Below, in pieces: positions 39,725 through 49,103 of a DNA stretch of 64,000 bases. Made by a program: the position numbers and the translations under genes. The stretch is taken from UHGV virus genome UHGV-1352483; one strand, 5' to 3'. Position 1 is the stretch's first letter. Every line of letters starts with the position of its first letter. The stretch is from a virus. The notes under the pieces are model-generated. The model had not been told where the DNA came from and made no database searches. It was given only the letters and a program-made list of their open reading frames with translations.

Positions 39725-40741
39725 CTACGAATTTTTTTTTTTTCTGCTAACTGAATACCCTGGGGGTATAGTAGGAGTGTTTTTATATCTAAAATAAATT
39801 GATAAATTCCAATCTATAATTTCTTTATCTGTCCCTTGTACTTTCTTCTGTTTATAGAATCTCCTGCCTTGAGGGGCTCTTATATGGTTTTTTGCCTTAT
39901 TAGGTTCTATAGGAAGGAAATCCCTTATTCTTCCAGTAGCTGTATACAACCATAAAGTCTTACATACTCTTGTAATATTACTATATAGGCATTTATCGTC
40001 CCCAAATCCCATTGTACATTTACTGTTAGGCTCATAATATTCCCCATCAGGGACTACAGATGCTCTAACTAATTCTCCTCCATGAACTGTTAACATTATA
40101 GGATGTCTAGCAGAAACTTTATCTACAGTGATTGAATTAATATCTACTGTTCCAAACCATGATACACTAAAGGCAATATGATTGGGATATTCAGGACTTA
40201 TCCATGTTCCATAGTGTATATTATACACTAATACTTCAGTCTTCTTTGATTTATCATCCCAATTTATTTCAAATATAACTGTATCATTTCCATTAAACTT
40301 CCCATTAGTATTTCTAGGAATGATTGCTTCACATCCTCTAGGAATATAATCAGGTTTATCTAAGTATACTACATATTTGTATAAGGTCTGACCAGTGTCA
40401 CTTATATAGGGAGTTAAGTCTTCAAAAGGAACTATAAACCTTTGTGTGTAGCTCTTTAACTTCTTATCTCTAAAGTAGAGCTGTCTATTAGGATTTCCAC
40501 TAACATATGGAGGTCTGACTACATAATGTCCGTCTATATCAGGTATAGTGGACTTTGTATATCTAAGAACTGGTAATGAGCCTTCATTACTTATTACCTT
40601 TTTTTTTGTCCCAGTACCTTTACCTAGACTTTTCCATCCACCATTATAATAGTTAAGACTGTCCTCCTTAGGATTAATCCATAGGTCACTCTTATTTGAT
40701 GGCGGGTTTATATCTTCTATTGTTCTATTGAAGCTTTTCAT
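39725..40741 (-). CDS. Hypothetical protein (338 aa). Possibly a tail-associated protein.
   Basis: ORF. The C-terminal KKKNS is encoded by an A12 homopolymer (39726-39740). Confidence 0.65.
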   Translation of the reverse strand: MKSFNRTIEDINPPSNKSDLWINPKEDSLNYYNGGWKSLGKGTGTKKKVISNEGSLPVLRYTKSTIPDIDGHYVVRPPYVSGNPNRQLYFRDKKLKSYTQRFIVPFEDLTPYISDTGQTLYKYVVYLDKPDYIPRGCEAIIPRNTNGKFNGNDTVIFEINWDDKSKKTEVLVYNIHYGTWISPEYPNHIAFSVSWFGTVDINSITVDKVSARHPIMLTVHGGELVRASVVPDGEYYEPNSKCTMGFGDDKCLYSNITRVCKTLWLYTATGRIRDFLPIEPNKAKNHIRAPQGRRFYKQKKVQGTDKEIIDWNLSIYFRYKNTPTIPPGYSVSRKKKNS

Positions 40742-41114
40742 CTTTTATTTCCTCCTTTTCTTCATCTTCTTCATGGGCTACTTTACCCAATATTTCAGCT
40801 ATTTGCTGCTCTGTAAGAAACATTCTTTTAACACACTGAGTATCCAAACAAGTATTATTCAGAAGTCTATGGACTATTCCCTTTAGTCTATAAACTTCTC
40901 TTCTGTCTTCTTCAGCAACTCTTATATAGAACTGAAGTTTCTTGTTATTATCCCGTATAATATCCTCATAGAATTCCAATGACTTCTTGATATTGTCAAT
41001 CTCATTAGAATCTACTTCTGCATTGTACTTTCTTCTAGCCAGATACCATGAAATCCAGCTACTCACTATAGTAGTAGCAAGTCCTACAGCTCCAGTAATT
41101 AATACATCTACCAT
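40725..41114 (-). CDS. Membrane-anchored coiled-coil protein (129 aa). Holin- or spanin-like.
   Basis: N-terminal transmembrane segment (VLITGAVGLATTIVSSWISWYLA) followed by a charged helical region. Confidence 0.55.
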   Translation of the reverse strand: MVDVLITGAVGLATTIVSSWISWYLARRKYNAEVDSNEIDNIKKSLEFYEDIIRDNNKKLQFYIRVAEEDRREVYRLKGIVHRLLNNTCLDTQCVKRMFLTEQQIAEILGKVAHEEDEEKEEIKDEKLQ

Positions 41115-41116
41115 AA

Positions 41117-41722
41117 TTATTTTATTATTTGTATAAATTTCTCTTTATTCTTCTCTGAATATGGAGACTTTTCCACTACTTCTACTTCCATTACCTTCTG
41201 TTTCTTCTGAAACCACCTGAGTAAGAAGAACTTCTTAGGTGGTTTTACAGTCTCTTTCCTTAAAGAACCTATAATATATTTCTCACTGACAAACTTAGGA
41301 TTCAGTATTATCTTGTTAGGATATCTCAATCCCAGTTCTGCTGAATACCATCTATCTCCTATGATTGTATCTACATTAAGTTCTCTTACGAATATAGTGT
41401 CATTCATAGTAATAGTATCCTTCCTTTGCATGGTAGAGAGTACATACCCCATAGATTGAAGTTGCTTGTCCTTTATGCCTAATTCCTTTCTTACTTCATT
41501 CATTTCATTAAGTACAGAATCATTAAAGTATTCAAGTTGTTCTATAGTTAATTGAAATACTCTATTACTGTTCTTCTGATTACTTAATTCAGAATCATAG
41601 GCTTTTATATTAGCATAACTGGTATTAAGTTCCTCATTTAATGAGCTTACCTTTCTTAAGAGACCATATATGCTTAATCCCATGAGAACCAATACTATTA
41701 CATAAATGACTTTTGCTTTCAT
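41117..41722 (-). CDS. Membrane-anchored coiled-coil protein (201 aa). Spanin-like.
   Basis: N-terminal transmembrane segment (VIYVIVLVLMGLSIYGLL) followed by a long helical or coiled-coil segment. Confidence 0.55.
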   Translation of the reverse strand: MKAKVIYVIVLVLMGLSIYGLLRKVSSLNEELNTSYANIKAYDSELSNQKNSNRVFQLTIEQLEYFNDSVLNEMNEVRKELGIKDKQLQSMGYVLSTMQRKDTITMNDTIFVRELNVDTIIGDRWYSAELGLRYPNKIILNPKFVSEKYIIGSLRKETVKPPKKFFLLRWFQKKQKVMEVEVVEKSPYSEKNKEKFIQIIK

Positions 41723-41976
41723 ATTTCTTTATCTTCTTTAGTCCATTCCTTACCTGACAGTAATTCTTGGGCATCATCTTGGTCATAAACAGAATATGGA
41801 TATGTTATTGGATTATCATCCAGCCCATCTGCTAGAGGAGCAACAGGAGGAAACAATTCATTATATATCTCTATATGAAGTATCATTTGTGCTCCATCAA
41901 CGGATTTACGTCTGTATTCTAGTTCCTTATCTACTCCCTCAAGAATACTTGTCGGGACTATAATATATTCATTCAT
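41719..41976 (-). CDS. Small acidic hypothetical protein (85 aa).
   Basis: ORF with 4-nt and 8-nt overlaps with its neighbours. Confidence 0.5.
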   Translation of the reverse strand: MNEYIIVPTSILEGVDKELEYRRKSVDGAQMILHIEIYNELFPPVAPLADGLDDNPITYPYSVYDQDDAQELLSGKEWTKEDKEI

Positions 41977-44152
41977 ATTGTATCTTGTTGTTATTAATGT
42001 TAAGGTATTCTATATACTTATCAACTTGTGATTTACTCAATGCTTTATTTAGGAATATATAATCATATATTGCACCTTTAAAGAATCTACTTCTATCATA
42101 CATACTATAAAAGAGATTTATATTGATATCTTTTATATCTTCTGGTGGATTAGATAAACTAAATTCTTCTCCATTTATGGAACATACAATCTTATCTCTT
42201 TTAACTGTATATACTATAATAGATTCTTTATTAATTATACTTTCTTTTAAAGTAAAGGAAGTATAATTATTTCCACCTCGATAACTTCTTCCAAATCTAA
42301 CTCTATTTCCTGCTTCAAAAGTTACTAAAATCCAATTTTTAAAAGTAATATCTTCATAAGTCGTACAAAATAAACCATTATTATTTGTAAAATTACTTTG
42401 AGTTAATCTAAACTTAAATATAGCAGTTAGTTCTTTAGTATTACTAGGAATAACATTAATATTAGCTATATAATCATCTATTCCATCACCAACTACTGAA
42501 CCGTCATACATTGGAAGTAATTCAACTTCAAAGTCTAGTTTATCACCTATTGCTCCGTTTGTGTTATATACTCTAAAGAAACAATAAGTAATATCATCAG
42601 AATCTCCATCATTAATTCTAGTATAACTAGGCACTTTATAAATACCATCTTTAGTTATATTACCAAGAATTGTAATATCTTTATTACCTCCTTCGGAAAC
42701 TATACGATTAACTACACCTAAATAAGAAGTATCTGTAAGATAATCTTTTGAACGTTCAAAACCTGTTACTTTTATATAATATTCAGGATAAGTAATTTTA
42801 GCTCCAACTTCTATATTGTTTCCAATCGTTTGAATTATTACAGGATTCTTATCTTCTATCTTTAATGTATCGACATGAACATAATGGTCATTAGAACTTC
42901 CATTAGTCCATCTAACACCATCCCATCTATCTGTTAAATTAAAAGCATACCCTTTAGCTCCACTTAATCCAGCTTTAGCAAAATTATTTAAAGTACCATT
43001 AACACCTGCTCCACTTCTATTATATGCAGTAGTAAAATCAGTATCTTGGTTAGTCTTATCTGCAAAGTTACTATAAAGGAATATTTTATCTCTTTCAGGA
43101 AGAGTATAAAACTCTACTCTTTGATATTCTTGAAGTAGTTCTTCTTCTGTCAATACTTTGTCATAACCAGCTATACATTCGATAATACATTTACTAAATA
43201 ATGTTCGAGCATAAGTACAACCTATATTAGTATTTCTTAAATCTTCAGTAGGCGCTGAATCATTAGTTAAAGTAGCAACATGAGTTTTACCAAGTAATTG
43301 ATTAACTTTTATGGCATTAGCTCCAGCATAAACATTTAATACATTATTTATTCTCGTTATCCCAGAAGTATTTCTTTCATAATATGCAGAACCATTATTA
43401 CTTGGAGTAAATGATAATGCAAAACCTTTACTATTCGTTACATCTACTCTATTATCGTATATACAATTAGAAGTAGCATTACTTTCTGCTAAAGACTTAA
43501 ACTTGACAATAATAGTTTTAGTTCCTGTTAGAGCATTAATACTCTGAAGATAATCATCAATACCATCAAGCCAAACTCCTCTTTGAATTGGAATTTGTTC
43601 AATAGTAACAATACTAGGATTAGCAGTATCTAATGTGTATAAAGAAAATTGTATTGTCTGTCCATTAAAAGCGGTATTAGGATAAATAGTATTTTCTCCT
43701 TCAAATAATTCGGTAGCATAACCTGTTACTTGAAGTAATAATTTGCCACCTGAACCACCTTCAAAATGAACATTAACTTTATATGGAGTAGTATTATTGT
43801 AATTATCTGTCGTTAAATTAGTAACCCAACCCCAACCTACTAATCTATTAATAAGTTTAAGTTTACTCGTAGTTTGTTCAAGAATTCCACTTCCTTTATA
43901 AGCTAAATTATAATCTTGTTGAAATCCACCGAATCCACTCTTTAAAGCATAAGCAAGATTGAAACACTTGAAGTCATTTCCTTTACCGCTTATATCTTTG
44001 ACTATACCTGTTGGTTTAACATCTTCATTGGTATAATCAGTAAATGGTATGAAGAATTGACAGGATTCAGGAAATGGTGGTTCATGCCAACCGTTATTTC
44101 TTCTACTACCTGTAATAGCTATATTACCACCTATTCTAATATCAGTAGCCAT
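41969..44152 (-). CDS. Receptor-binding or tail fibre protein with tandem concanavalin/LamG-like lectin domains (727 aa).
   Basis: Two internal repeats (WLDGIDDYLQSINALTGTKTIIVKFK / VVGDGIDDYIANINVIPSNTKELTAIFKF) are typical of laminin-G or ConA-like jelly-roll domains. The gene body is visibly more AT-rich than the flanking genes. Confidence 0.6.
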   Translation of the reverse strand: MATDIRIGGNIAITGSRRNNGWHEPPFPESCQFFIPFTDYTNEDVKPTGIVKDISGKGNDFKCFNLAYALKSGFGGFQQDYNLAYKGSGILEQTTSKLKLINRLVGWGWVTNLTTDNYNNTTPYKVNVHFEGGSGGKLLLQVTGYATELFEGENTIYPNTAFNGQTIQFSLYTLDTANPSIVTIEQIPIQRGVWLDGIDDYLQSINALTGTKTIIVKFKSLAESNATSNCIYDNRVDVTNSKGFALSFTPSNNGSAYYERNTSGITRINNVLNVYAGANAIKVNQLLGKTHVATLTNDSAPTEDLRNTNIGCTYARTLFSKCIIECIAGYDKVLTEEELLQEYQRVEFYTLPERDKIFLYSNFADKTNQDTDFTTAYNRSGAGVNGTLNNFAKAGLSGAKGYAFNLTDRWDGVRWTNGSSNDHYVHVDTLKIEDKNPVIIQTIGNNIEVGAKITYPEYYIKVTGFERSKDYLTDTSYLGVVNRIVSEGGNKDITILGNITKDGIYKVPSYTRINDGDSDDITYCFFRVYNTNGAIGDKLDFEVELLPMYDGSVVGDGIDDYIANINVIPSNTKELTAIFKFRLTQSNFTNNNGLFCTTYEDITFKNWILVTFEAGNRVRFGRSYRGGNNYTSFTLKESIINKESIIVYTVKRDKIVCSINGEEFSLSNPPEDIKDININLFYSMYDRSRFFKGAIYDYIFLNKALSKSQVDKYIEYLNINNNKIQYE

Positions 44153-44351
44153 ATTGTAATGTATTAGCAGTTACACCCTTTATCTCTAAAATAAGTTCAG
44201 GATTCCATCCAGGGTATAATACAGTGCTAACAAACTCCTTGCTACTACCAAGTTTAACTTGTGCAGTTATGTTTTCATCTGTCGTATTCTTAACTAAGAA
44301 GTATATTCCTGGATTGAAATCACCTGCTGGGATATCCTTTAAGAAGGACAC
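44142..44351 (-). CDS. Small beta-rich protein (69 aa). Possibly the N-terminal anchor or adaptor for the downstream fibre.
   Basis: ORF that overlaps the start of the 727-aa gene by 11 nt in a different frame. Confidence 0.45.
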   Translation of the reverse strand: MSFLKDIPAGDFNPGIYFLVKNTTDENITAQVKLGSSKEFVSTVLYPGWNPELILEIKGVTANTLQYGY

Positions 44352-44503
44352 TTGTAATGAATTAACCAGCTTACCTTGATTTGTTATATTTTCTGTTATA
44401 ATTATTCTAATTTTAATGCAAATATATGAAAAATAAATACTGCATACAATACTATAATCATAATATTAATATGCAGTATATGTGTATTGTTTTTTAAATA
44501 TTA

Positions 44504-47344
44504 TCAGAAGTTCTTTTTACCTCTGGCTCCTACATAACCCGAAGATTTAACTAATGCTATTCCTGTAGTATCACTGACTGTCAAACCTAATATATCAAGC
44601 AACCTAAACCTATCTACGTTAATATTAGTTTCAGTTGCAGAAGTATCTATACTGACTACTACTAGGAATGAAGCAACATAAATATTGCTGTTTATCATAA
44701 ACGGTATTGGTACTTGCTGCATTTTTACACCTTCAGAATTGGCTTCCAGAAATATCCTATAGGAAGGATATGAATAATCTCTGATAACTCCACCAGTATC
44801 TGTATATGTAAAAGCAAGTCTTACTTCAAGATAAGCTGGTTCCATTAATGCAGTAGTTATGGGTATTCTTGAACTTTCTGTGAGCCCTATAGGAAACTCA
44901 AACATTGTACCTTCTTCTATATGTAACTTAATAGGATATTTGTTAACAACACATGAGCCATAATCCCCTGGATTACCATCACTATAATAGGCTGTAAATT
45001 CCACTAAGTTATTGTTGGATATGAAGTTTAACTTAAAGTAATCCTTACTTGCTGAATCTGTACCAGTAGAACCATTTATAACATCTGTTACAGTTCCATC
45101 TGTAGGAATGTTACTGGTAGATATAGTAATAGAACTCTGGGTATTAATATTGTTCCATACATCATTAAATGACATACCTATTGCAGTAGATATATCCTGA
45201 GCTGATGAATTATTTGTTAGAACTGTAATATCCCCCAGTTTACATAACTCTCTTGTTATAGAGGAGGTTTTAGTAACCTTATATGTAGAATTGGAATAGG
45301 TTATAATTATAGTGAAACCTGTTCCTGCACCAACTTCCAGTCTCTTAGAAGTAATACTGGCATTCCCTATTAAATTCTGAACCCAATCAGCAGATATCTT
45401 GTTTAAGACAAATGCCCCTCTTAATATATCATTCAGGATATCATCAAAGGTATTATCACTTGTTATACCTAATGCTTCTGTAATCTGTGCCTCTGTAGAA
45501 CTCTCAGTTAAGTTAAGTATGTTATTGAAGAAGATTACTTTATTCCCTGAACCTCCTGTAGATACAGCTAACCTTCCATTAGGTTTAAGAGTCCATATAT
45601 CAGAACCACCTAAGAATATAGCCTGTTCCGTAAAGCCTGCCGTAAAGCCTGCCGTAAAGCCTGCCGTTGGTGAATATCCATTTAACTGAAAATAGTCTCT
45701 GCCTACCCAGTCTGCATAATATCTATAAGTTCCAGATATAATCTGTAAGGTTCTACCAACAAAAGAAATACCTTCTCCATTGGCATCAATTAATAATACT
45801 ACTTCTTCTACAGCCTCAGGAACCTCAGGAGTAAATGTAATACCTGAAACAGGTAATGCAACCCCACTCCAATTTATGATTTTTCCTGCTGCTTTTCCAT
45901 CAGGATACCAAGGAGTCCAAGTATAACCTGATGAAGACGACCAATCTGCAAACCTATAAGAGAACTCTGATTTCATAGAATCTATATAATCAGTAGTCCT
46001 GATTTGTTTAATATGTTTATAGGTAGCATTTCCTGTGACTATAACTTGAACTATATTACCTTCTTCACCTATTGTATATGAATATACTCCCTGTTCAACC
46101 AAAGAATCCAATGCACTTACTGATATAGTACCCAAGTCATGGGCAATACTCTGATTAGGATTCTTCCATTCTTCAAAATCATAATTGTTAATCTTCTGCC
46201 TTGTTTCTACTGTACCATCACTTAGGAACTGGGTTTGGATTACAATAGTCCTTCTTTGAGAAGAGCCTCCTCCCCTTATATCCTTAGTGACAAACATATA
46301 TCTTTCATTAGACCCTGAAACAACTGGTCCAACTGAACGTAATGCATATAAATATACTCCAGTTTCCAGTACATCATCAAGGGCTGTTATATCATCTATA
46401 AGTCCAAGGTCAGTAATGGTACTATGCTCTGCCTGAGTTAACATATTAGTCCAAGGTTGAGTCCATGTTCCTCCTAATGCAACTGTAGCAGAATAGATAT
46501 AGTTATTGTTACTGGTAACCTTCTGCTTAAACTGATTGTTATTAACATCCAATAATAAAGGACTGAGGAAATAAAAGTGCCTGTATAATACAGTATTTGC
46601 CACAAACAGATTGCCTGCATACATACCTGCTTCCTTAGACCATCTTACTCTGAATCTACCATTTCCCAGCTTAAATAATCTATTGGCATTTGCTAAATCC
46701 TCAATAAATACAACTCCTTCAATCTGTTCCCAGTTTGACCATTTCCCAGTATCAGGATAAACATTATCTATATCTATCCCATCATTATAGATTCTCTGAT
46801 ATACTCCTGGTCTTAATGGGTCTACTGCCCATTTATCTATAGGATTGGCAACAGAAGTAAGTGTCTGTATTGTACCTTCTCCACTTGTATATACTTCAAG
46901 TATTCCATATTTTATAAGACCATTCTGGTCTGTTAGGAGATAAACACCATGAGAGGTACTGGGATAACTTAATGTATCTAACTCACCCGTTCCTACAATA
47001 GGAAGCTGACTCCATTCATCTACATTTTCCCATGTTCTTGTATCTCCTCCATTGAACCTTACTGTAATCCAGTTTCCATTACTATTGACAAATTCCCCAA
47101 TGAATCCTCTTTGCCTATCCTCTGCTGGTACGGCTTTGATAGCAGTAGACAGACTATAAGGGGTTACTACATGGCCATCATTATATTCTGTAGATATGTT
47201 TATAATTCCTCTTCTTCTAAGTACACTGTCCAGAGCTTCATTCTTACTATTGAAAACTGCCTGGTCTGATGTTACAGGATACAATTCAACATCTGCTGTT
47301 CCTCCTACCAATTCATTTTCCTTTATCTTTCTTACTCTTGCCAT
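44504..47344 (-). CDS. Tail fibre or tail spike protein (946 aa).
   Basis: Large ORF downstream of the portal-proximal genes. It contains an in-frame TAGFTAGFTAGFT tandem repeat. It shares NILNLT..ST..I..ALG motifs with the adjacent 390-aa gene. Confidence 0.7.
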   Translation of the reverse strand: MARVRKIKENELVGGTADVELYPVTSDQAVFNSKNEALDSVLRRRGIINISTEYNDGHVVTPYSLSTAIKAVPAEDRQRGFIGEFVNSNGNWITVRFNGGDTRTWENVDEWSQLPIVGTGELDTLSYPSTSHGVYLLTDQNGLIKYGILEVYTSGEGTIQTLTSVANPIDKWAVDPLRPGVYQRIYNDGIDIDNVYPDTGKWSNWEQIEGVVFIEDLANANRLFKLGNGRFRVRWSKEAGMYAGNLFVANTVLYRHFYFLSPLLLDVNNNQFKQKVTSNNNYIYSATVALGGTWTQPWTNMLTQAEHSTITDLGLIDDITALDDVLETGVYLYALRSVGPVVSGSNERYMFVTKDIRGGGSSQRRTIVIQTQFLSDGTVETRQKINNYDFEEWKNPNQSIAHDLGTISVSALDSLVEQGVYSYTIGEEGNIVQVIVTGNATYKHIKQIRTTDYIDSMKSEFSYRFADWSSSSGYTWTPWYPDGKAAGKIINWSGVALPVSGITFTPEVPEAVEEVVLLIDANGEGISFVGRTLQIISGTYRYYADWVGRDYFQLNGYSPTAGFTAGFTAGFTEQAIFLGGSDIWTLKPNGRLAVSTGGSGNKVIFFNNILNLTESSTEAQITEALGITSDNTFDDILNDILRGAFVLNKISADWVQNLIGNASITSKRLEVGAGTGFTIIITYSNSTYKVTKTSSITRELCKLGDITVLTNNSSAQDISTAIGMSFNDVWNNINTQSSITISTSNIPTDGTVTDVINGSTGTDSASKDYFKLNFISNNNLVEFTAYYSDGNPGDYGSCVVNKYPIKLHIEEGTMFEFPIGLTESSRIPITTALMEPAYLEVRLAFTYTDTGGVIRDYSYPSYRIFLEANSEGVKMQQVPIPFMINSNIYVASFLVVVSIDTSATETNINVDRFRLLDILGLTVSDTTGIALVKSSGYVGARGKKNF

Positions 47345-47345
47345 A

Positions 47346-47915
47346 TTATTTTATATTTATAAAGTCAAATAATGAATAAGCTGTATCATCTACTTGAGAC
47401 CAATATTCCTTATTCTTTTTCTTAGCCCAGTATTTAGGTCTTGGCAGCTTTATCTGATTACCTTCAAAGTGCTCATAGCAGTCTCTTAAATCAACCTTAT
47501 CAGGTAGAGTGACTATTATAGTCCAAGGGCGTTTCCTGATTCCACTTGTAAATGTTACATTCTTATACTTTTTAACCATTCCATATACCAAATCCCTGAA
47601 CTTAGCATCATCCTTAGTCTTATCCTTACTGAACATATGATTCTCAAGGACTATCCTTACGGTTACATCCTTCTTTCTATTAAAGAATGTAAATATACTG
47701 TTCAAGTCTACATCCTTGAATGTAGCCATTCCATGAGCAGCTACTACCTTATTCTTTCTGAATCTTATTCTTATATCAAAGAATCTTGCACCTAATTTAT
47801 ACTGCTGTTCAACTGGTACTTCCTGACATTTAGCCATTAACCCCAAGCCAGTTAACCTTAGCCACCATTGTGGCTTAAGGTAACTAAGGCTATTATGTGT
47901 TCCTATTTTATTCAT
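47346..47915 (-). CDS. PLC-like phosphodiesterase (PI-PLC X-domain-like), 189 aa.
   Basis: The N-terminus IGTHNSLSY resembles the conserved GTH(N/D)S catalytic-His motif. ARFFDIRIRF resembles the (F/Y)FD(I/L)R motif of PI-PLC/GDPD-superfamily enzymes. The protein is short for a full TIM-barrel. Confidence 0.5.
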   Translation of the reverse strand: MNKIGTHNSLSYLKPQWWLRLTGLGLMAKCQEVPVEQQYKLGARFFDIRIRFRKNKVVAAHGMATFKDVDLNSIFTFFNRKKDVTVRIVLENHMFSKDKTKDDAKFRDLVYGMVKKYKNVTFTSGIRKRPWTIIVTLPDKVDLRDCYEHFEGNQIKLPRPKYWAKKKNKEYWSQVDDTAYSLFDFINIK

Positions 47916-47926
47916 ATATTCTTCTA

Positions 47927-49099
47927 TTATGAAATCAATGGAGTAGTTGTAGCATATCTCACGGATACAGTACCCTCACTTGAATTATACATAAGACCTA
48001 TTCTGAATAAGCTAACAGTGGAAATTCCTGCTGTTACTATATCATCATATACAATAAATCCCATTTCTATAGTATCAGAGCTTGATTCACCCATTATCAT
48101 ATAAGATTTCTGTGCATTACTCACACTTCCTTGCATACATATATTATACCTGGAAGGGATTCTGACCATTTCTGCTATCTCACTAAACGAGTACATGGTT
48201 CCCAATTCCATTTCAATATCACTAGATGAAGAACTTGTAGTCAAATCCATAAGATAGCCAAACATTATTCCTGTTTTAGTAAGAGAAGTCTCTACTATAG
48301 TACATGAATATGTGCTTCCATTTTGTATTACACTAATCTCTTTAATCAGTGTTGGGGAAACAAAGGTCAATTCGATAGCTGTATCTGTCCTAGCAGTAGC
48401 TAATACATGTTTATAGCCTGTAGCTGCTACATCTATACAAATAGCACCATTTCTAAGGTCAGTAACCAGAGCACTCATATTACGGGAGGAACTCAATCCT
48501 AATGCAGTTTGTATCTGAGCACTCGTAGAAGTTCTGGTCAAATCTTCAGCTTTATTAAATTTAATAACTTTGGAATCAATTAAACCCTTTAATACTCTAC
48601 CTTGATTAGCTGACAAGGGTAGATTAGGACTTGTAGTTGTTAAGTTATCCTGTATTGAATTTTGCTCTAATAAAAGTATTTCATCTTTATAAATACCTAT
48701 AGCCCCATCTACTTCGCTAATAATAAAATTTATAATAGGATTTGTAAATATAGATATTATTATAGCAGCATCGCCATCTGCATCAACCTGACCAGCTGAT
48801 AATGTAATAAGATATCTTGCTCCTTTATTACTGTCATAAACTTGCACAATATCACCCTGTGCAAGTTTTTCGGCTAATTCCCTTATAGTAAAGGGAGATA
48901 ATGCTGCCATAATTTCTTCTTCTGTAGAATCATTGGTTAAATTTAATATATTCCCAATTTGAATTATTTCATTAGAGCCTCCTCCCCCACTTATACTTTC
49001 CCAACCATTAGGGCCATAATTATATAGTTTATTATCTTTTAGCCACAGAACTTCCTTACTGGGTTCTTTAGAGCTATTTATAATCTTCTTTGTTTCCAT
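47927..49099 (-). CDS. Tail- or portal-proximal structural protein (390 aa).
   Basis: ORF directly downstream of the portal gene. It contains two copies of the NILNLT..STEEEI.AAL-type motif also found in the 946-aa fibre. Confidence 0.7.
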   Translation of the reverse strand: METKKIINSSKEPSKEVLWLKDNKLYNYGPNGWESISGGGGSNEIIQIGNILNLTNDSTEEEIMAALSPFTIRELAEKLAQGDIVQVYDSNKGARYLITLSAGQVDADGDAAIIISIFTNPIINFIISEVDGAIGIYKDEILLLEQNSIQDNLTTTSPNLPLSANQGRVLKGLIDSKVIKFNKAEDLTRTSTSAQIQTALGLSSSRNMSALVTDLRNGAICIDVAATGYKHVLATARTDTAIELTFVSPTLIKEISVIQNGSTYSCTIVETSLTKTGIMFGYLMDLTTSSSSSDIEMELGTMYSFSEIAEMVRIPSRYNICMQGSVSNAQKSYMIMGESSSDTIEMGFIVYDDIVTAGISTVSLFRIGLMYNSSEGTVSVRYATTTPLIS

Positions 49100-49103
49100 T
49101 CAC

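Noticed and set aside
45399-45689. The + strand 96-aa ORF that reads the tandem repeat as KPAVKPAVKPAV.
   Set aside because: It is the antisense frame of the tail fibre gene. The repeat is better explained as (TAGF)n in the long minus-strand ORF.
41969-47344. Diversity-generating retroelement targeting the lectin-domain fibre.
   Set aside because: No reverse-transcriptase-like ORF (no YxDD-containing candidate) and no template/variable repeat pair were seen in the window.
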